Positions 1-13,779 of a DNA stretch of 64,000 bases are shown here, one piece after another. The position numbers and the translations under genes were made by a program. Numbering within the stretch: position 1 is the stretch's first letter; the number at the start of each line of letters is the position of its first letter. Below the pieces are notes generated by a model. That model made no database searches and had not been told where the DNA came from. It saw nothing but the letters and a program-made list of their open reading frames with translations. This stretch comes from Phoronis australis (taxonomy: Eukaryota; Animalia; Phoronida), in assembly GCA_002633005.1 (NCBI GenBank), contig NMRA01000001.1, positions 1,583,755-1,647,754 of the forward strand. The letters run 5' to 3'.

Positions 1-469
1 GAGTTGATGGGACGCATTCGTAATAGTGCACACAGATGCTGAAGACTGAAAACTACAATTTTGAAATGGTTGAAAATGATGTCAAGGTCACCAAAACAAA
101 CTACTGTTGCACCTGCCAATAAATGCCGCCTCCCACACCTCGGTACAAAATACGAACAAAATCTTGAGATTTCTTGTGCCAAAACGTGAATACCAAGACG
201 ATCATAAATACCATGATCTCCGCTTCCTGCCTTTAAAAAATGATAAAAAAACAAATATGTCAATAATTTTCGTCTCATGTTGAAGATATTTAATTATAAG
301 TCACAACAATGTCCACTGCAGCCAATATGTGTACTGTTTCACATTTAAGGTCTAAAAATAGCAATTGACTGCAGTGCTTCAGGATTCTGCACAATTGACA
401 TTAACTCCCCCATTGAATAAAGGTCCCGGATCCTGCCGTCCAACAGGGCGTCTTAAAAGGGTCTTTGAT

Positions 470-860
470 TGTGGTCCCATGTATTGGCCAGAAATGCAAC
501 GCTGACGTCCCGTAAACGTCATAATACGACACCATTAAGAATAAGTAAGGCGCACAACCAAAATTTTCTTCTGTCTAATTTCTCAGCATAAATTGCCAAT
601 AAGAAAAGTTTTACTTCATTCTCATCATGTTTCGTAGTGTTTAATTGCTGTGAAACAACTGATTCATCATTCTACCAAGCATGTTTTTGATATTACTGAA
701 GACTTGCCACATTGTCTGCAGTTAACACTGGACCAGCTGATGGAAACATACAGTAAAATCTTTCTAAGTTCGGACAAAAATAATTGCCAAAATTGATCCT
801 TTTCTTTCTTCAAAGGTTTCAAGAATTGTTGTATGAATGTCCACAATTTCTTACGACAAT
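470..860 (+). repeat. Dispersed repeat; inverted copy at about 19005-19420
   Basis: CAGTAAAATCTTTCTAAGTTCGGACAAAAATAATTGCCAAAATTGATCC is matched in reverse complement at about 19055-19104. Confidence 0.85.
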
Positions 861-1525
861 GCATAAGTTTGCTATGGTATAGAGCTTTAACATATTGGAG
901 CATTTACAGTAGTTTCAATTTTGATGAAAAAATGAAATTTCACTCATCTGTCCTATTGTGTCCTAAATGGGGTCCCACTACCAAAATTTTAGTACTCACA
1001 TCTCTGCCAAATTGCAACCTTAAATGAGAATTTAATATACAATTGTTGAATTCTAAAGTTTGGCTCAGTGCCATCAACAAAACAAGAAAAACAATCCACA
1101 GGCCTTAAGTAATCAGACAAGAATCTACTTGAATGGTTGACTGACATACTACGTGATGTCACTGGGATAGCCTTCTCAAACAAGCATTTTTAGTGATTTA
1201 TAACATGCCACCCCACGTTGTTTGTAAACAGGAATAGGAATGGCAGGAACTAAGTGCGCAAATGAGAGTATTTCAATAGCAAAGGCACAATGACAAGATT
1301 TAAGATATAACTTCATCACCATGATCAATGACCGACTGAACACAGGCTGAGTAGGCCTCCTGTCTTTTACTACATTGGCACAACAGCAGTCAGATCCATC
1401 CAAAACTCATGATCACCTTTATTTTCCAGATATGCCTCAAGGGGGCGTAGCAAAATTCAAAACTGACCAAAAAGCAACAACAGGCAGGTTTAATAATAGT
1501 TTTTGTCTAAATTAGAAGCAAGAAG

Positions 1526-1666
1526 AGAAAAACAAAAACAACACTTAGAGTACAGCATGAAAACGACGTTTCTAATAATTGACAGATCTTGTGTAATGAG
1601 GATGATACTTGCGTCATATTGAAATGTCGTTTTCGTGCCGCACTCCAGTGTCGTTTTTGTTTTCCA
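1526..1666. repeat. Imperfect long inverted repeat (hairpin MITE)
   Basis: GAAAAACAAAAACAACACT..GAAAACGACGTTTC / GAAATGTCGTTTTC..AGTGTCGTTTTTGTTTTC. Confidence 0.65.
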
Positions 1667-2542
1667 CTTCAGGCACGACTGTCCGTCAATAGAAACACCT
1701 AGTTAGCACACAATATTGTGGACAAATTGCATTTTCTCAAATTTCTCGATACTGTGCAGATGTCATAAAACAACATTTGTTTAAGTTAACAACGATATTT
1801 GCAGGAAGGTAAAAAATGACAATTTTGGCAATATTTTAGTGCAAAATAACTGAAGCATTGACTGCCGTCAAATTATGTAGCGATTCTTCAAACCATTTAG
1901 TAGACAGAAAGGTGGATACCAAAAACAGAATTGAAATACTACAAGTGCCAACAGGGGCGGACAACATGCCAGAGGTGTGCAAAAATGTGCAGGTGCAGTC
2001 TTCTGTTTCTATAACACATCTGTCCAACTTTCAAATTTCAACCAAGGATATGACAGATACAGACGAGGCAGACACAAAAGGTAATTTGCCACAAGGTGGA
2101 ACCGAAGTAGTCAGTCTGTTCAAAAGTGCACAACATAACCAGCCGGCTGAAAATTGTTGTGTAACACCCGTTTTTGGATACCAACAATTACCTTAGCCAA
2201 GTTTCTTGAAGATCCATTGAGTGACTTGGCAAATACAAAATCAAATGCCAAAAACTAAAATTTTTCTCAAAGCCATGCAGCAGTTCGAAAGTCGTCTTCC
2301 TCTGTCATGTTATTCAGAGGAATGTGAGCTGGCAAAATTTGCGACCACCCTGCTCGGGAATTACTGTAGATACAGCTGGGAGGTGCCAGAGGTGTCGACA
2401 GAGATGACTACAATATGCACCCAAAATACATGTATGTGGATGCATAAAAATTAAATCTCCAAACTTGCGCACTGGCAGCACTAAATAGTCAGTTCTCTAT
2501 CACTATCAAGTCTGATCTAGGGAAGCTCAAACGTGCCTACAT

Positions 2543-2793
2543 CAGGGCTTGGAATGACCAATGACATTAGAAAGAGGAAAATTTCCAGGTGATGCATCAT
2601 TCCACAAATAAATAGGCTGATGTGATAGAAATATCTTTTTGTGTTGTAAAATTTTACTGAAATGAACGTTTTTGTATGAATAAAGTCACAATAATGATAA
2701 AAAGAGACGAAAAAAGGAAACTGGAAATCAAAAATGAGGAAATCGAAACCAAAAAGAGGAATTCCTCTTAAAAGAGGAAAATCCCAAGAAGTG
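2543..2793. mobile_element. Degenerate hAT-like MITE
   Basis: CAGGGCTTGGAAT ... ATCCCAAGAAGTG, repeated AAAGAGGAAA subterminal motifs, CTACAT on both flanks. Confidence 0.45.
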
Positions 2794-4804
2794 CTACATT
2801 ACAAAGAGATTAGTATCACAGCAATATGCGTGCACTTTACTAGCTATGCAGCTCTCCAAGTAGAGGGAAAACCTTCCCAGGAATCAAAAGGCCTGCGAAA
2901 TGGAAACAAACAAGAGTAGGTGACATCTGATTAGCGTTCTCACAATTACCGACTCAAGATACCTGATTATCCTAAGCAGCGAATAAAAAACATTAATTAG
3001 ATAAAATCAGATTACCATAATCTAGCACTACAGCTGATGTCCAGCTAAAACGGACCAGGTACTAATATCCCTTTGAAATAATGAGTTATTGATTGAAACA
3101 TAGCCTGAGACTTTCTCAAAGCAATACAGACACGGTGTGTGATTGATTGATAAGTCCTGTTGACCATTGGAGGGGGGATAATTCTACAGCTGATGACAAT
3201 TAACGGGGAAGTTGCAAAAGTTCCAGGCAGGAGTGCGGTCCCAAAGTCTAGCCTTTCTTCTTTTTAAATCCATTCCAAGGCTGCACATTGAAAGAGAATG
3301 ACGACAGTCCTAACTAAAATAGTATACTGTCTTGACTCTATTTAAAAACGTTAAGCACCCTCTACAATTATAAAAGACGCGATGCTTTATGATATTTCTC
3401 TGTTCCGATGTTTACCCAGCCCGTTGCTCCCTAAACAAGATGTCCCATGCTTGTAGCCAGCTTTAATTGCAACATAATGGGTAGGCACGAAATTGTAGAT
3501 AGCGAACTTTTTTCTATTCTTCTCTTGAACATACTACCAAACCCCCCCCCCCCCGTCGCCAATTTTCACTCCCCGGGTGGTCAGTCAACCACCAGTTAAA
3601 AACTAAGCACCAGGACGCATGCTCCTTTTCAGTTCGTTCAGCTGGGAGTAAATTCAATTATATATATTTCTAAAGAACTGCCAGTGACATTGTCGAAACC
3701 GTCTCACACCAGTTTGATTGAGATGCAATAAGCGAAAACAATTTTTGACTCACATTTTTATTACTTCAAGATGATACGCAAACATCTAGTAACGTATTGC
3801 CAACTTTTGAATTCCGAAATCAAAAGGCAGCAGAAGCCCTGAGTGAGGCGCAACAGCTCCTTGGTCACCAGGCATCCTTAATAACCCGGGCGTTAAAGTT
3901 CAAGAAAACTGTGAGAATTAGTTCAAAGTCCGGGGGAATAATATCAAATTAGGGACAATTTTACAGCCTTGAGTGAATTGTTGGAATTCTTTAAAAATGG
4001 TGGGCGGGATCACTGGCAAACCAAATTTTCTGACCTGATTTTTTCGAATGTATGTTCTATCTAGTGCACTGAAAACTCAGTGTGGTTAGACAGCATGGCT
4101 GAAAGTAGATTTTGAAGCCAGGTTGTTGAAGTTTGCCAACATAGGGAGAAAATCAAGTTATTTGAGGTAATGTAATTTACATTGCCAAACCACTGTCTGG
4201 GAGGCTGTCGTTGCCCTCAGTAACTGATTGTTATTATCAATGTTTTATCACTAATTATTTGAACACTTGACTTTACTAATTCATACACCTACTTTAGTCT
4301 GTATTAATTGGAACACATAAGTGACAAAGGAATTAGTTGCACATTGCTACAGAAACGGCCATAGACAAAATTCTATGCAAATTTCACAAGAAAAAAACTT
4401 GTAACCAACTTTTGTTCCTGTATTCAATAATTACTTTTACATGAAATAAAAAGGTTCAATATACTTAGACTTCATGCAGATTTCCATTATCGGGTGATTT
4501 GAGTTTGGTTCCTTGGCATTTAATATGAAAAAAGATATATAAGTGAGCAACAAAATGACATCGGCAAGACCAACCATAAATGTTACTAGTAGCAATCTGC
4601 TTTTAGAGGTAAACATTTTTAAGCCATGGCATGGCTATTAAAGCTTTAAAAAGACATTGTTTTGAAAAATAAATTTGTTATAGAGGGGAATTAAAGTGTG
4701 TGGCCGACTGCATCTCTTTGTCAATTTCAACTATGGGACATTTTTAATGGAATTCACATTCTGGGCTAGGCTATTCAGTTATCCATAGGGAGTAATAAAA
4801 CAAC

Positions 4805-4980
4805 AATTGTTTCATAAAGCCTTTGTTAAGCTGTGTTTTGTTACACAGGCCAACTGAGACTGCAGGGTTCACAAAGAACTGCTTTCACTGAACTTGCATG
4901 ACAATTTCAAAACCATGTTGTGTGTGAACAACACCCATGATTTACAATGGTCTGCAAAATTCTAAGCCACTATGGGACTT
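4805..4980 (+). repeat. Dispersed repeat family; inverted copy at about 8085-8270, direct copy at about 34000-34170
   Basis: Shared GGTTCACAAAGA, GACAATTTCAAAA and AAAATTCTAAGCCA blocks. Confidence 0.8.
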
Positions 4981-5259
4981 AAGTTACCCTATCAAACCCC
5001 AAGAAGACGCTAACATAATAAAATGATTCCAGCAACAGTCACAAGTTGCAGTGTGACTGAAAATAGATCTGTTTTACGCATTTGAAAGCGTGACATACTG
5101 TTTTGAAAATCAGTCCGGTGAAGTAGATTATGTGTGGGCCCTTGCCTGAGCAGTAGAAAAAGGTAGCCAGGAAGTGGCATTACAAAAGTAGTGACATTTA
5201 TACAACAGAAAACCCCCTGCGTATCAATTCTAATGATTCCCAATTAGCCATTTCATGTA

Positions 5260-5637
5260 TAGGGTGTGCCAAAAATGTCAACAAATAATTACCTTGAAAG
5301 CTGAATACCAGAAAATGGTTTTACTATCAACTAATGGTGTTTTCATATTCCAGGAATACCAAAGTTTCGTTTTCAAGACACAGGTTGGGAAAATGCCATA
5401 ACTGACGCTAATTGTAAAAAAAAGTTGTTTTAACTGTTCTGCACCTCGGCTGAAGCTGTACATTTGGTTGCATTTGGTGCCAAAACATGAAAACGTCTCT
5501 CTTCTCTACAGTAAGAAACCACCGATTTTTTCTGCTTCTATGCACTGTACAACAAACTTTGGCATTCCTGGAATAAGAAAAACATCATTCCCAGTAAAAC
5601 CATATCCAGGTACCATAAGCATTTTTGGTAAACCCTG
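5260..5637. mobile_element. Tc1/mariner-like MITE; related fragment at about 45200-45307
   Basis: TA.AGGGTGTGCCAAAAATG / CATTTTTGGTAAACCCTG imperfect TIRs. Confidence 0.5.
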
Positions 5638-7295
5638 TGGTTGATCCATGTAGTAAGGTAATATAATAGTCTTCTCCTGACAAAGGATAATTTCATCTAA
5701 ATTAGGAGTCATTTGCACAAAATAATTCTAAGGATTTTAAGACAAAGTTCAGTTAGTTTCTAAACACATGACAACGCACATTAGTATTAATCAAGAAGTG
5801 ACAGACATTATCATTCATCTTGGTAAACTCCTTGTACACTTTTTCAGAAGTTAAGAATTAAAATTCTTTGTGTCTGGTAAATCAAGACATTACAATACGT
5901 CATCATAAAAAGAAACAAAGCTCAAAAGGCGAGTTAGTTGGCTTTCGCGAGAAAATTCTTCTCTTACATCAGTTTGAGTCAGTATCACTGCTATGCACCT
6001 GAATGCGTCTCGGGAATAAATTTGTGCAGACCAAACTGTAGTACTTTTGGATGAGACAAAACAACTGAACAGGAGAAACACGAGCAGACATCTTACCTCT
6101 GAGTGAACTGTGCCAGTTGTAGTTTCATTCATAAATGCTCACTATTTACACCACCAATCAGTATCCGTCAGAGGAAAAGGTTTCAGCTGCTAAGGTTTCA
6201 GCTGCTAGCACAATCCACTAAGCATAACCCAACTGAGCTGAGCAATGAACCAGCCTGGTCTATTGACCCAAAAGCAATCACATTCTTATTTATAGTCCTG
6301 GTTTCTAATAATAGACCACAATAGGCGGAGACGCTTAACCCTTTCCTCAGGAGTAGACAGGGCGAAAAACAATGACAACGCATCAACAGAATATCTTATT
6401 AATCAAGTTCATAATTGATGGAAAATGACAAAGGATGTCTGGTTTCGTGACAGGTCTTGATAATTACTCCCATTTAGTTGCAAAGCAGAACCTAATTTCT
6501 TCCCGATATTTCTAATGTAATTTTATCCTGATTTTAAATCTCTGTGATCAGTATACTTCATGATGGCATTAGACTTAACCAGAAGCGCAGTCTAAACTTA
6601 TCCCAACTGTTGGCTGGGGGTTCCAAGGTTCATTTCTTATCCCTGGGGCTAAAAACACCCCTGCAGAGAAAGTGGAGTTTTTACTGCTAATCACTTTTCA
6701 TAAAAACCCACAGGCAAAACTAGCTTCACCATATTCTCATTCTTCAAAACCAAGCCGGAAAGGTGAACCACTTCAAACACAAGAAATACTAACAGTATAC
6801 TAAACATATTTTTTCAGGTAACAGCAGTTCATTCTTAAAATAGACTATTGGCACGAATTAGTGAAATCAAAGGAGACAAGAAGGAAATACCAAGGCAAAA
6901 CCTCACGACTCAAATTCGGAATTAATTAGGTTTTGAACAAAGAGTTCTTCTGATAAAAAATGTCTAGCTTAGGATATGTGCTGGGGCCTGATGAAGCAGA
7001 AGACACGTCCACCAGTAAATATTTTAATGAATGAAAATGCTACTACCAAAGGTGTATGGAAAAAAACAGATAGGAAGCTACCCATTAGTTTGGGACAGCA
7101 AATTCAGGGGTCTCTCTAATTTAGTCAACAAACTATTGATTAGCTTGAGTGCCATACCAAGCCAATGCCATGTTCAAGCCACCTCTTTAAAAGTTTGACA
7201 GATTGATGTTAAATGAGTTCCCATCCAGATGATGAATTTCTCCAGTATCAAAACACAAGGCACAATTTTGCGTTGACCTAAAAGTAACCTACTTA

Positions 7296-7534
7296 CAGTA
7301 AAATCTCACCAGTTTAGGATACAACATGGTTGATCGGTAAATTTTTATTTTCTCATTTTTCCATAAAAGATTACATAGCACTAAAATAATGCTTCTGCAT
7401 GTTTAAAGTATGAATCAATTGCCACCGTCAGACAATGTTTTGAAAAACTATTTACAACTATGTTACAAGCCCTTGAAAAATGAAAAAAGCAATCATGGCA
7501 ATTAGTTTTGCCTGAAAGTGGTGAGATTTTGCCA
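7296..7534. mobile_element. Tc1/pogo-type MITE; related partial copies at about 41713-41915 and 55163-55328
   Basis: TA|CAGTAAAATCTCACC ... GGTGAGATTTTGCCA|TA; internal similarity (AAGCCCTTGAAAAATGAAA, TTTTGAAAA) to the other copies. Confidence 0.65.
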
Positions 7535-7538
7535 TACT

Positions 7539-7922
7539 CAGTGGCGGATTTACGGGGGGGGGGGCAAGGGGGCCATGCCCCCGCCCCTAAAATTCTCCTA
7601 GATACCATNNNNNNNNNNNNNNNNNNNNNNNNNNNNNNNNNNNNNNNNNNNNNNNNNNNNNNNNNNNNNNNNNNNNNNNNNNNNNNNNNNNNNNNNNNNN
7701 NNNNNNNNNNNNNNNNNNNNNNNNNNNNNNNNNNNNNNNNNNNNNNNNNNNNNNNNNNNNNNNNNNNNNNNNNNNNNNNNNNNNNNNNNNNNNNNNNNNN
7801 NNNNNNNNNNNNNNNNNNNNNNNNNNNNNNNNNNNNNNNNNNNNNNNNNNNNNNNNNNNNNNNNNNNNNNNNNNNNNNNNNNNNNNNNNNNCCCCAACTC
7901 AAAAATCCTGGACCCGCCCCTG
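7539..7922. mobile_element. hAT-like MITE (CAGTGGCGGAT family) spanning an N gap
   Basis: CAGTGGCGGATT ... GGACCCGCCCCTG; ATACT on both flanks. Confidence 0.6.
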
Positions 7923-9896
7923 ATACTATAGACTCCTAAGTCTTGTTCAATTACAAGACTAACATATTTGAGTGCTTGACATGATTTTGTAAAGAAGTAC
8001 AAATGCTGTAACAACTAACACTGTTTTAAAACTCATGGTTGAAACAGCATATCCATCGTTTTATGCTTGGAGGGGGTAACTAATCCCCATGCTGGCTTAG
8101 AATTTTGGGGATGGTTGTAAATCACTGGTGTTATGCATGCACACACAAGAGGCCTTTTGAAATTGACATACAAGGTCAGTAAAAGCACTTCTTTGTGAAC
8201 CTTGCTCTACAACTGTCTCAGTTGGACTGTGTAACTAAACATAGCTAAACAAAGGGTTTATGGAACTAGCTAAGATTTTGCTTTATTACCTCCTGTGGAT
8301 TCTGAATAGTGGAGCCCAATCCCAGGATGCATCCTGACATCAGGCTTGTAAAATCTACTGCATGACATATACTTCCCACAGGACCACAAAGTAAGTAGCA
8401 CAATTTCCTACAGCAAGACTTTTAGCTCACACTCAGACACTATGCAGGTCTTCTGAAGCGTGTACTTACCTCAATTAATGTGTCTCATTCATAAAATAAA
8501 AGGCGTAAGACCAAAGAAATAAAACATAAATGAATCTAGTGTCGTCATTGTCATGATTATACATAAATCGTAGATGGAAAAATAACATCAATAAAAATAA
8601 AAATAACAAAACTAAGGATAACGATACATTTTAAAATAAGGATATTGTAGCCAAAATCTAACATTGGTATCATCACATTCCAGTTCCACGTCTCGTGTTA
8701 TTAAACATCATTTAAACATTCGCACAATAACCACAATAAAAAAAAATTTTAAGCACAATGGGTTGACAGGAGACAATGTTATGAAATATCTGATGGAATA
8801 AATATAGAATACTGTGTGGAACCTTCTGTAGGTCTGACCAATCACGGCGCATGATTTGAGCACAAATTTTCAAGTTTACTCAAAGCATGCCATGTAATTG
8901 GTCAATTTTTTAGAGGAGTTTCGAATGCAGAGATTACACCAAGGCAGCCCTAATCATCTATTCTTAAACTCTGTAGAGTACTTCATTAAGACTGTCTTGT
9001 CCTACATGTAATAAAAGACGATAACGCAGTTGGGAGTTTACAAAACAAATTTCAATCAAACTGAATGTTCTTTTCAGGCATAAATGCAAAACCTGTGCCC
9101 AACAAATGGATTTGTAGAAAACAGTTGCAAAGCGAGTCTCTATATGAAAATTGAAAAATCTCAGTACTTTTTCAGCATTGGGACATTAATTTCCTGGGAT
9201 TCCAAGTCCCACCAACATTTTTTCATCAACAAAAAAGTGAGAAGCAGACGGCCAGCGATAGCCAACAGTGAAGACGTCAGATAAGCTAATTTACAGAAAC
9301 CGTGTTTACCATACTATTATGGCACAGCCTGGCCACGGGAGCTCAGCAGAACAACTTGTAGTACCTGTCGTGTGAACAAGAAACCTCCTATTCATAGAAA
9401 AGAGTATGTTTGTTCAGAAAATAATTAGTTCTGTGGAGGGTTACTGAGATATTTAAAGACTAAAAATTGAGTTTACTCTAACGCATTGCCATGACCAATG
9501 TCATTAAAATAGTCCGTCACAACTAGAACCACTGTTGTTCTTGATGATGTTGCTGTTGTATTTCTTTGGTGCTGATGTTTGTCTACTTGGTTTGAAACAA
9601 TGAATTCAAAACCGCACAACTAAGAACGCGAAAAACAACCACTGTTGTGCAAGATAACACTGCAATTAAGTCATAACAAGTTGCTTTTGCTCATACAAAA
9701 GTTTAGCTGATAGCACTCCTTAACACCTATGGTCGGGGTAAACACCATGTTCAAAATACAATTTAAAATTAAAAATGATACTTATACAAAGGCTTGTGCC
9801 CTTCTAAACAACTCCTGCTGTGAAATGTACATGTGAAGATTTCGTGAAGAACCGCAGATATTCTGAGTCACTCATGCTGTGAACTTTTTTCAGTAA

Positions 9897-9996
9897 TGGT
9901 CGGATACAGTGTACCCGCATTTTGAGAATCGGTTTTCTCCACTGAATAATGGGTATCAAACTAAGTTCTCAAATATGGGCACATTATATCCGACTA
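9897..9996. repeat. About 100-bp imperfect palindrome
   Basis: GTCGGATACAGTGTACCCGCATTTTGAGAA / TTCTCAAATATGGGCACATTATATCCGAC. Confidence 0.65.
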
Positions 9997-11215
9997 TAGT
10001 CCTTTTTTCACCACCACCAATAAGCTATATCAAACATGACAGCTGATCTCATTCAGCATTCTGCCAATCAGAACACATCACCTCCAAACTCCAGAATGCT
10101 TCTTCACAGAATGTGCTAGTTGATAAAAAAGTTCGGTTAGGCAGATTTTTGTGGATAAGGCTCCAATTATCCTTACCAAAGTGTCTTCCAAGTGATGGTG
10201 CGAGTAAACTATCATAGATATTGTAGTAATAAAGCATGCTTTATTTGACGCTTTTCCTTAAAATCTAAACAAACTGCTTTTATTAAGGAAACCGTGATCG
10301 CCCACCCACTTTGCAGTATCAGTGTAATGTAGTGCCCACTAAAAGCTTATTCTTGACTGCTGAATGTGAAAATTTTGACCAAAATGGAATTATTTTTAAA
10401 AGAAAACCACACATTAATAGAGAGGATAAAGCCAAAAAAACATGCATTGGTACCTTAAACACCAAAATCTCAAATTTTACAACACCCTTGCACAATACCT
10501 TTCACTAGAGCACATAAAAATGTGAGGTCTCGTTAGTAACCAAAGAATAAAAATGAGAACTTAAGACTTAGGGTAACAACTGTACCCAGAGAAAGTCTCG
10601 GACTTCAGGCAAATTCAATTCACCACAATCAACAGGACAATAGCAGATCAAACAAAAAATTATTACTGGATACAAAACATGGAGGAGTAACTGGCAAGCA
10701 TCAACATTTATCAAAACGGAACATTTGAATACTAATGTATATGACAATTTCAAACATTGTCACTGTTTTTCTATGTGATTTGCACAGGAACCACAAATTT
10801 GGGACAATAGTCCTCATTTGCAACTAAAGTACTGACCAGATCATTAGCTCCATGACATTAGCCAGATCTGGGTAACATCACAACTATACCAATCACATAA
10901 AATTACAGTGGCAAACAGTTGAAACAAAACTTGAGAATAAATACACATTCTAACGTATGTTATTCTTATCCCTGCCTATGGTTGGCCACTAGTACTCAAT
11001 ACTGAAAAGAAAAATAACTATGTAGTATCAAAACAAAAAGTATTCATTTCCCAAATGCCTACCACGAAAATAGAAGACTTCGTGTAGCAGATTTAATAGT
11101 TTCAAGTTTAACTTCCCAATTCAGTCAACTATGATGTGAAAAAATCAGGCGTAAAGTACAATCAGACTTCAAATAAGTGCCGTCATAACTTTCATAACTT
11201 CTCTTCACATTACAG

Positions 11216-11306
11216 ACTGAGCCTCGTTCCGAAGGTCAACCAACGTGTAGTGTGCATCAATGCCTTCGACGACGAGTACTATGAACGACGCCGGGAACTT
11301 GTATAA
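11216..11306 (+). CDS. Putative terminal coding exon of a plus-strand gene (LSLVPKVNQRVVCINAFDDEYYERRRELV*)
   Basis: CTTCTCTTCACATTACAG| acceptor, 29 protein-like codons in phase 2 then TAA, GC-rich, followed by a microsatellite. Upstream exons not found. Confidence 0.55.
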
Positions 11307-11316
11307 TGGCATGAAC

Positions 11317-11413
11317 ATGATAATAACAATAACAACAATAATCATGATCATAAGAGTAATAATAATAACGATGATGATGATAATGATGATGATGATGATG
11401 ATCAACAACAACC
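11317..11413. repeat. Compound (ATA/ACA/ATG)n trinucleotide microsatellite
   Basis: Directly visible; explains the poly-Ile ORF 11205..11423. Confidence 0.9.
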
Positions 11414-12246
11414 CATAATGCAACTTTTAAGGAAGAGTGATTATGATAAGTGAACTGCTGCTAACTCAGCTCATTGAGAAAATCTCCAACTCAGCAGCTG
11501 ATCCAGTTAGTAAGGGCACATTTTGCCTCCTTCAAATAACAAAATGATATGCACGTTTTGGTATTGGTACTTAAAGTGTCCAGTCCAAAATGAATTAAAT
11601 TTTAGAATCAACAAATTCTCAGTAAGTGTGGCCAGCCAGCTACAGAAGACAGAAAATAATTTTTATACAGCCTTGTATCAACGCTACGGCAAGTGCTACC
11701 CTCTAACAAATCACAGCAAAAATCAATTACCGCTGTAAACACCAAAACAGATCTAACTTCATATCGAAGGAGTATCAATATCAAATTGGCAGCATCGATA
11801 ATGGCTCGTGATGCCCTAAAAAATGTGAGGTCAAATCCCAGGAGATACTTACACAAGAGACATGAACGGGTTGAGCTGTTCCTACGGGTGGATTTTTCAT
11901 AATCTCACTCGTGAAAAAATACAATGCATCCTTTGTTCAATTTTAATTCAATTTTAAAGGTTTTAAATCCCCTTCCAAAGGAATAGGTTATATAAAATAT
12001 CCACAAAAGAACTCTTTAATGGAAGCTGTCCTTTAAATATGGGTGGTGTTTTATTATGACAACTCGTAAAAGGGTAGGTACCCTAATTTCCATGTAGCAC
12101 ACCTGTGGACACTATCCACCAGGAACAAAACAAAGTAACTTAGACTCATCAAAAGAGCATAACAAGACCAGATAATTCCATCTCAGGGAAAACGTTTGTT
12201 TGTGATTTGCGGAAAGTGATCTCGTCAGATGTGCTAAGACACCAGT

Positions 12247-12698
12247 GGACGATTGCATGAAACACTACCAAATAGGGACTCAACTAAAGTCCCTAAGTCA
12301 TTTTGCATATTTGTGTCCTTATGGACTCACAGATGCAATATTTTTCTATCATTTCATCCGTATTAGGAGCTCCTCTTTGGTTAATGCCGTTATCTAATAA
12401 TTGAACTAAAAACTGAGCCTAGGGTTCATTGAAAATAAATAGGGACTCAGTCCTTAAATTGGGGTGTTGCATGAAAAGATCCCTAAGTATTTTCGATAAT
12501 ATTGACAATTCAACGAAGAATTCCTTCTCGACTTGTATCAAAGTCAGAATCTGACTCAGTAATGAATCTAAAACAATTCAACAAAAGGCAATCGATGTTT
12601 TCACAAGTCCAAAAAATACGCAGTAGATTTAGAGAATTTAGTTGAGTCCCTATTTAGGACTGGAGTCCCTATTTAGGACTGTTTCTTGCAACCAGGCA
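12247..12698. mobile_element. Harbinger-like MITE; a second similar element adjoins at about 12701-12980
   Basis: TTGCATGAAAC..AAATAGGGACTCAACTAAA versus TTTAGTTGAGTCCCTATTT..GTTTCTTGCAA inverted ends. Confidence 0.6.
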
Positions 12699-13779
12699 CA
12701 TGGATCAGTTTTGTGAAAATTACTTGAGACAGAAAATTAGCCTTGCGCTCCACACAACTATTTCAGAAAAATTATCCAAACTTCACACGAGCAAACGTGC
12801 AAAGTTTCTTCGAGTACACACGTAACTGCTAGTTACTGAGATAATCACCACGAATCGTATCTTGATTGTGATGAGTTGGGAAACACTAACTTGGCTAAAC
12901 CTTTTTTCCAGCAATTTGAAATGGAAGAGTAAGACCAATTTTTATCGTAAGTCTTGAGTCACTATCATGAAACGGAGCCCTGAACAACATTTTAATATGG
13001 AATCAAAACATAGAGTTTATGTTGAGCGCTCAAGAAAACTGAAGGGCAAACTGACACGCTGAATTTAGTAACCCCACTTAGTAACTTTTAAGTTGTAGAG
13101 GTCACCCAAGGACAAATTTGTGCTCCACTCTTAATATCAGGGTATGAGCACTTGAGAACACACTTCAGGAACATGGTTACTATGGATTATAGTAAGTGGA
13201 GGGTAGAAACATTTCTGAAGGATGGCTAAACAAATTGATAGACATTGCAAAGTATCTGTCATTCATTCGCATAGTAGCTTGTCACACTCATGCAACCACA
13301 AAGGTGACTGATTAATTTGTGATGACTCATGGTAAAAAAATCCTCCTATCAAAGTATCACATATTTGTCACGAAACAGTTAGCACGAAACAAGAAAAACT
13401 AAAGCACCACTGCCTTTATCATTGACCTTAATTTAACACCAAGAATATGAACAAATCATGATCGTCTTCAGTCTGACTGTGTAAAAATTTACGCAAAATA
13501 TTACCAAGATGTATTGATTATTAATCATCAAACAGCCTAGGTATGCCAAACATACCTTGGCATAAGCATTCAAAAGAATAACAAGCAACACATTATTTGC
13601 ATGTGAAACTAAATATAAGCGTCTCCTCAAAAGTTCAGTGAGCTTGACAAAGGTTGTTCAAAATCGGCGATCTTCCTTATTTAAACAAATCCACCCTCGT
13701 TATCACAGCAACAGCATTCTTTGTCTCTTAGTAAATTTTCGACAACTGTGATAAAGTTTAATAGAGTCCATTAGCCTGG

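Noticed and set aside
7381-8014. Long ORFs over N runs (also 22269-22563)
   Set aside because: Assembly gaps translated as X.
11205-11423. Poly-Ile membrane-like ORF
   Set aside because: Antisense translation of a trinucleotide microsatellite.
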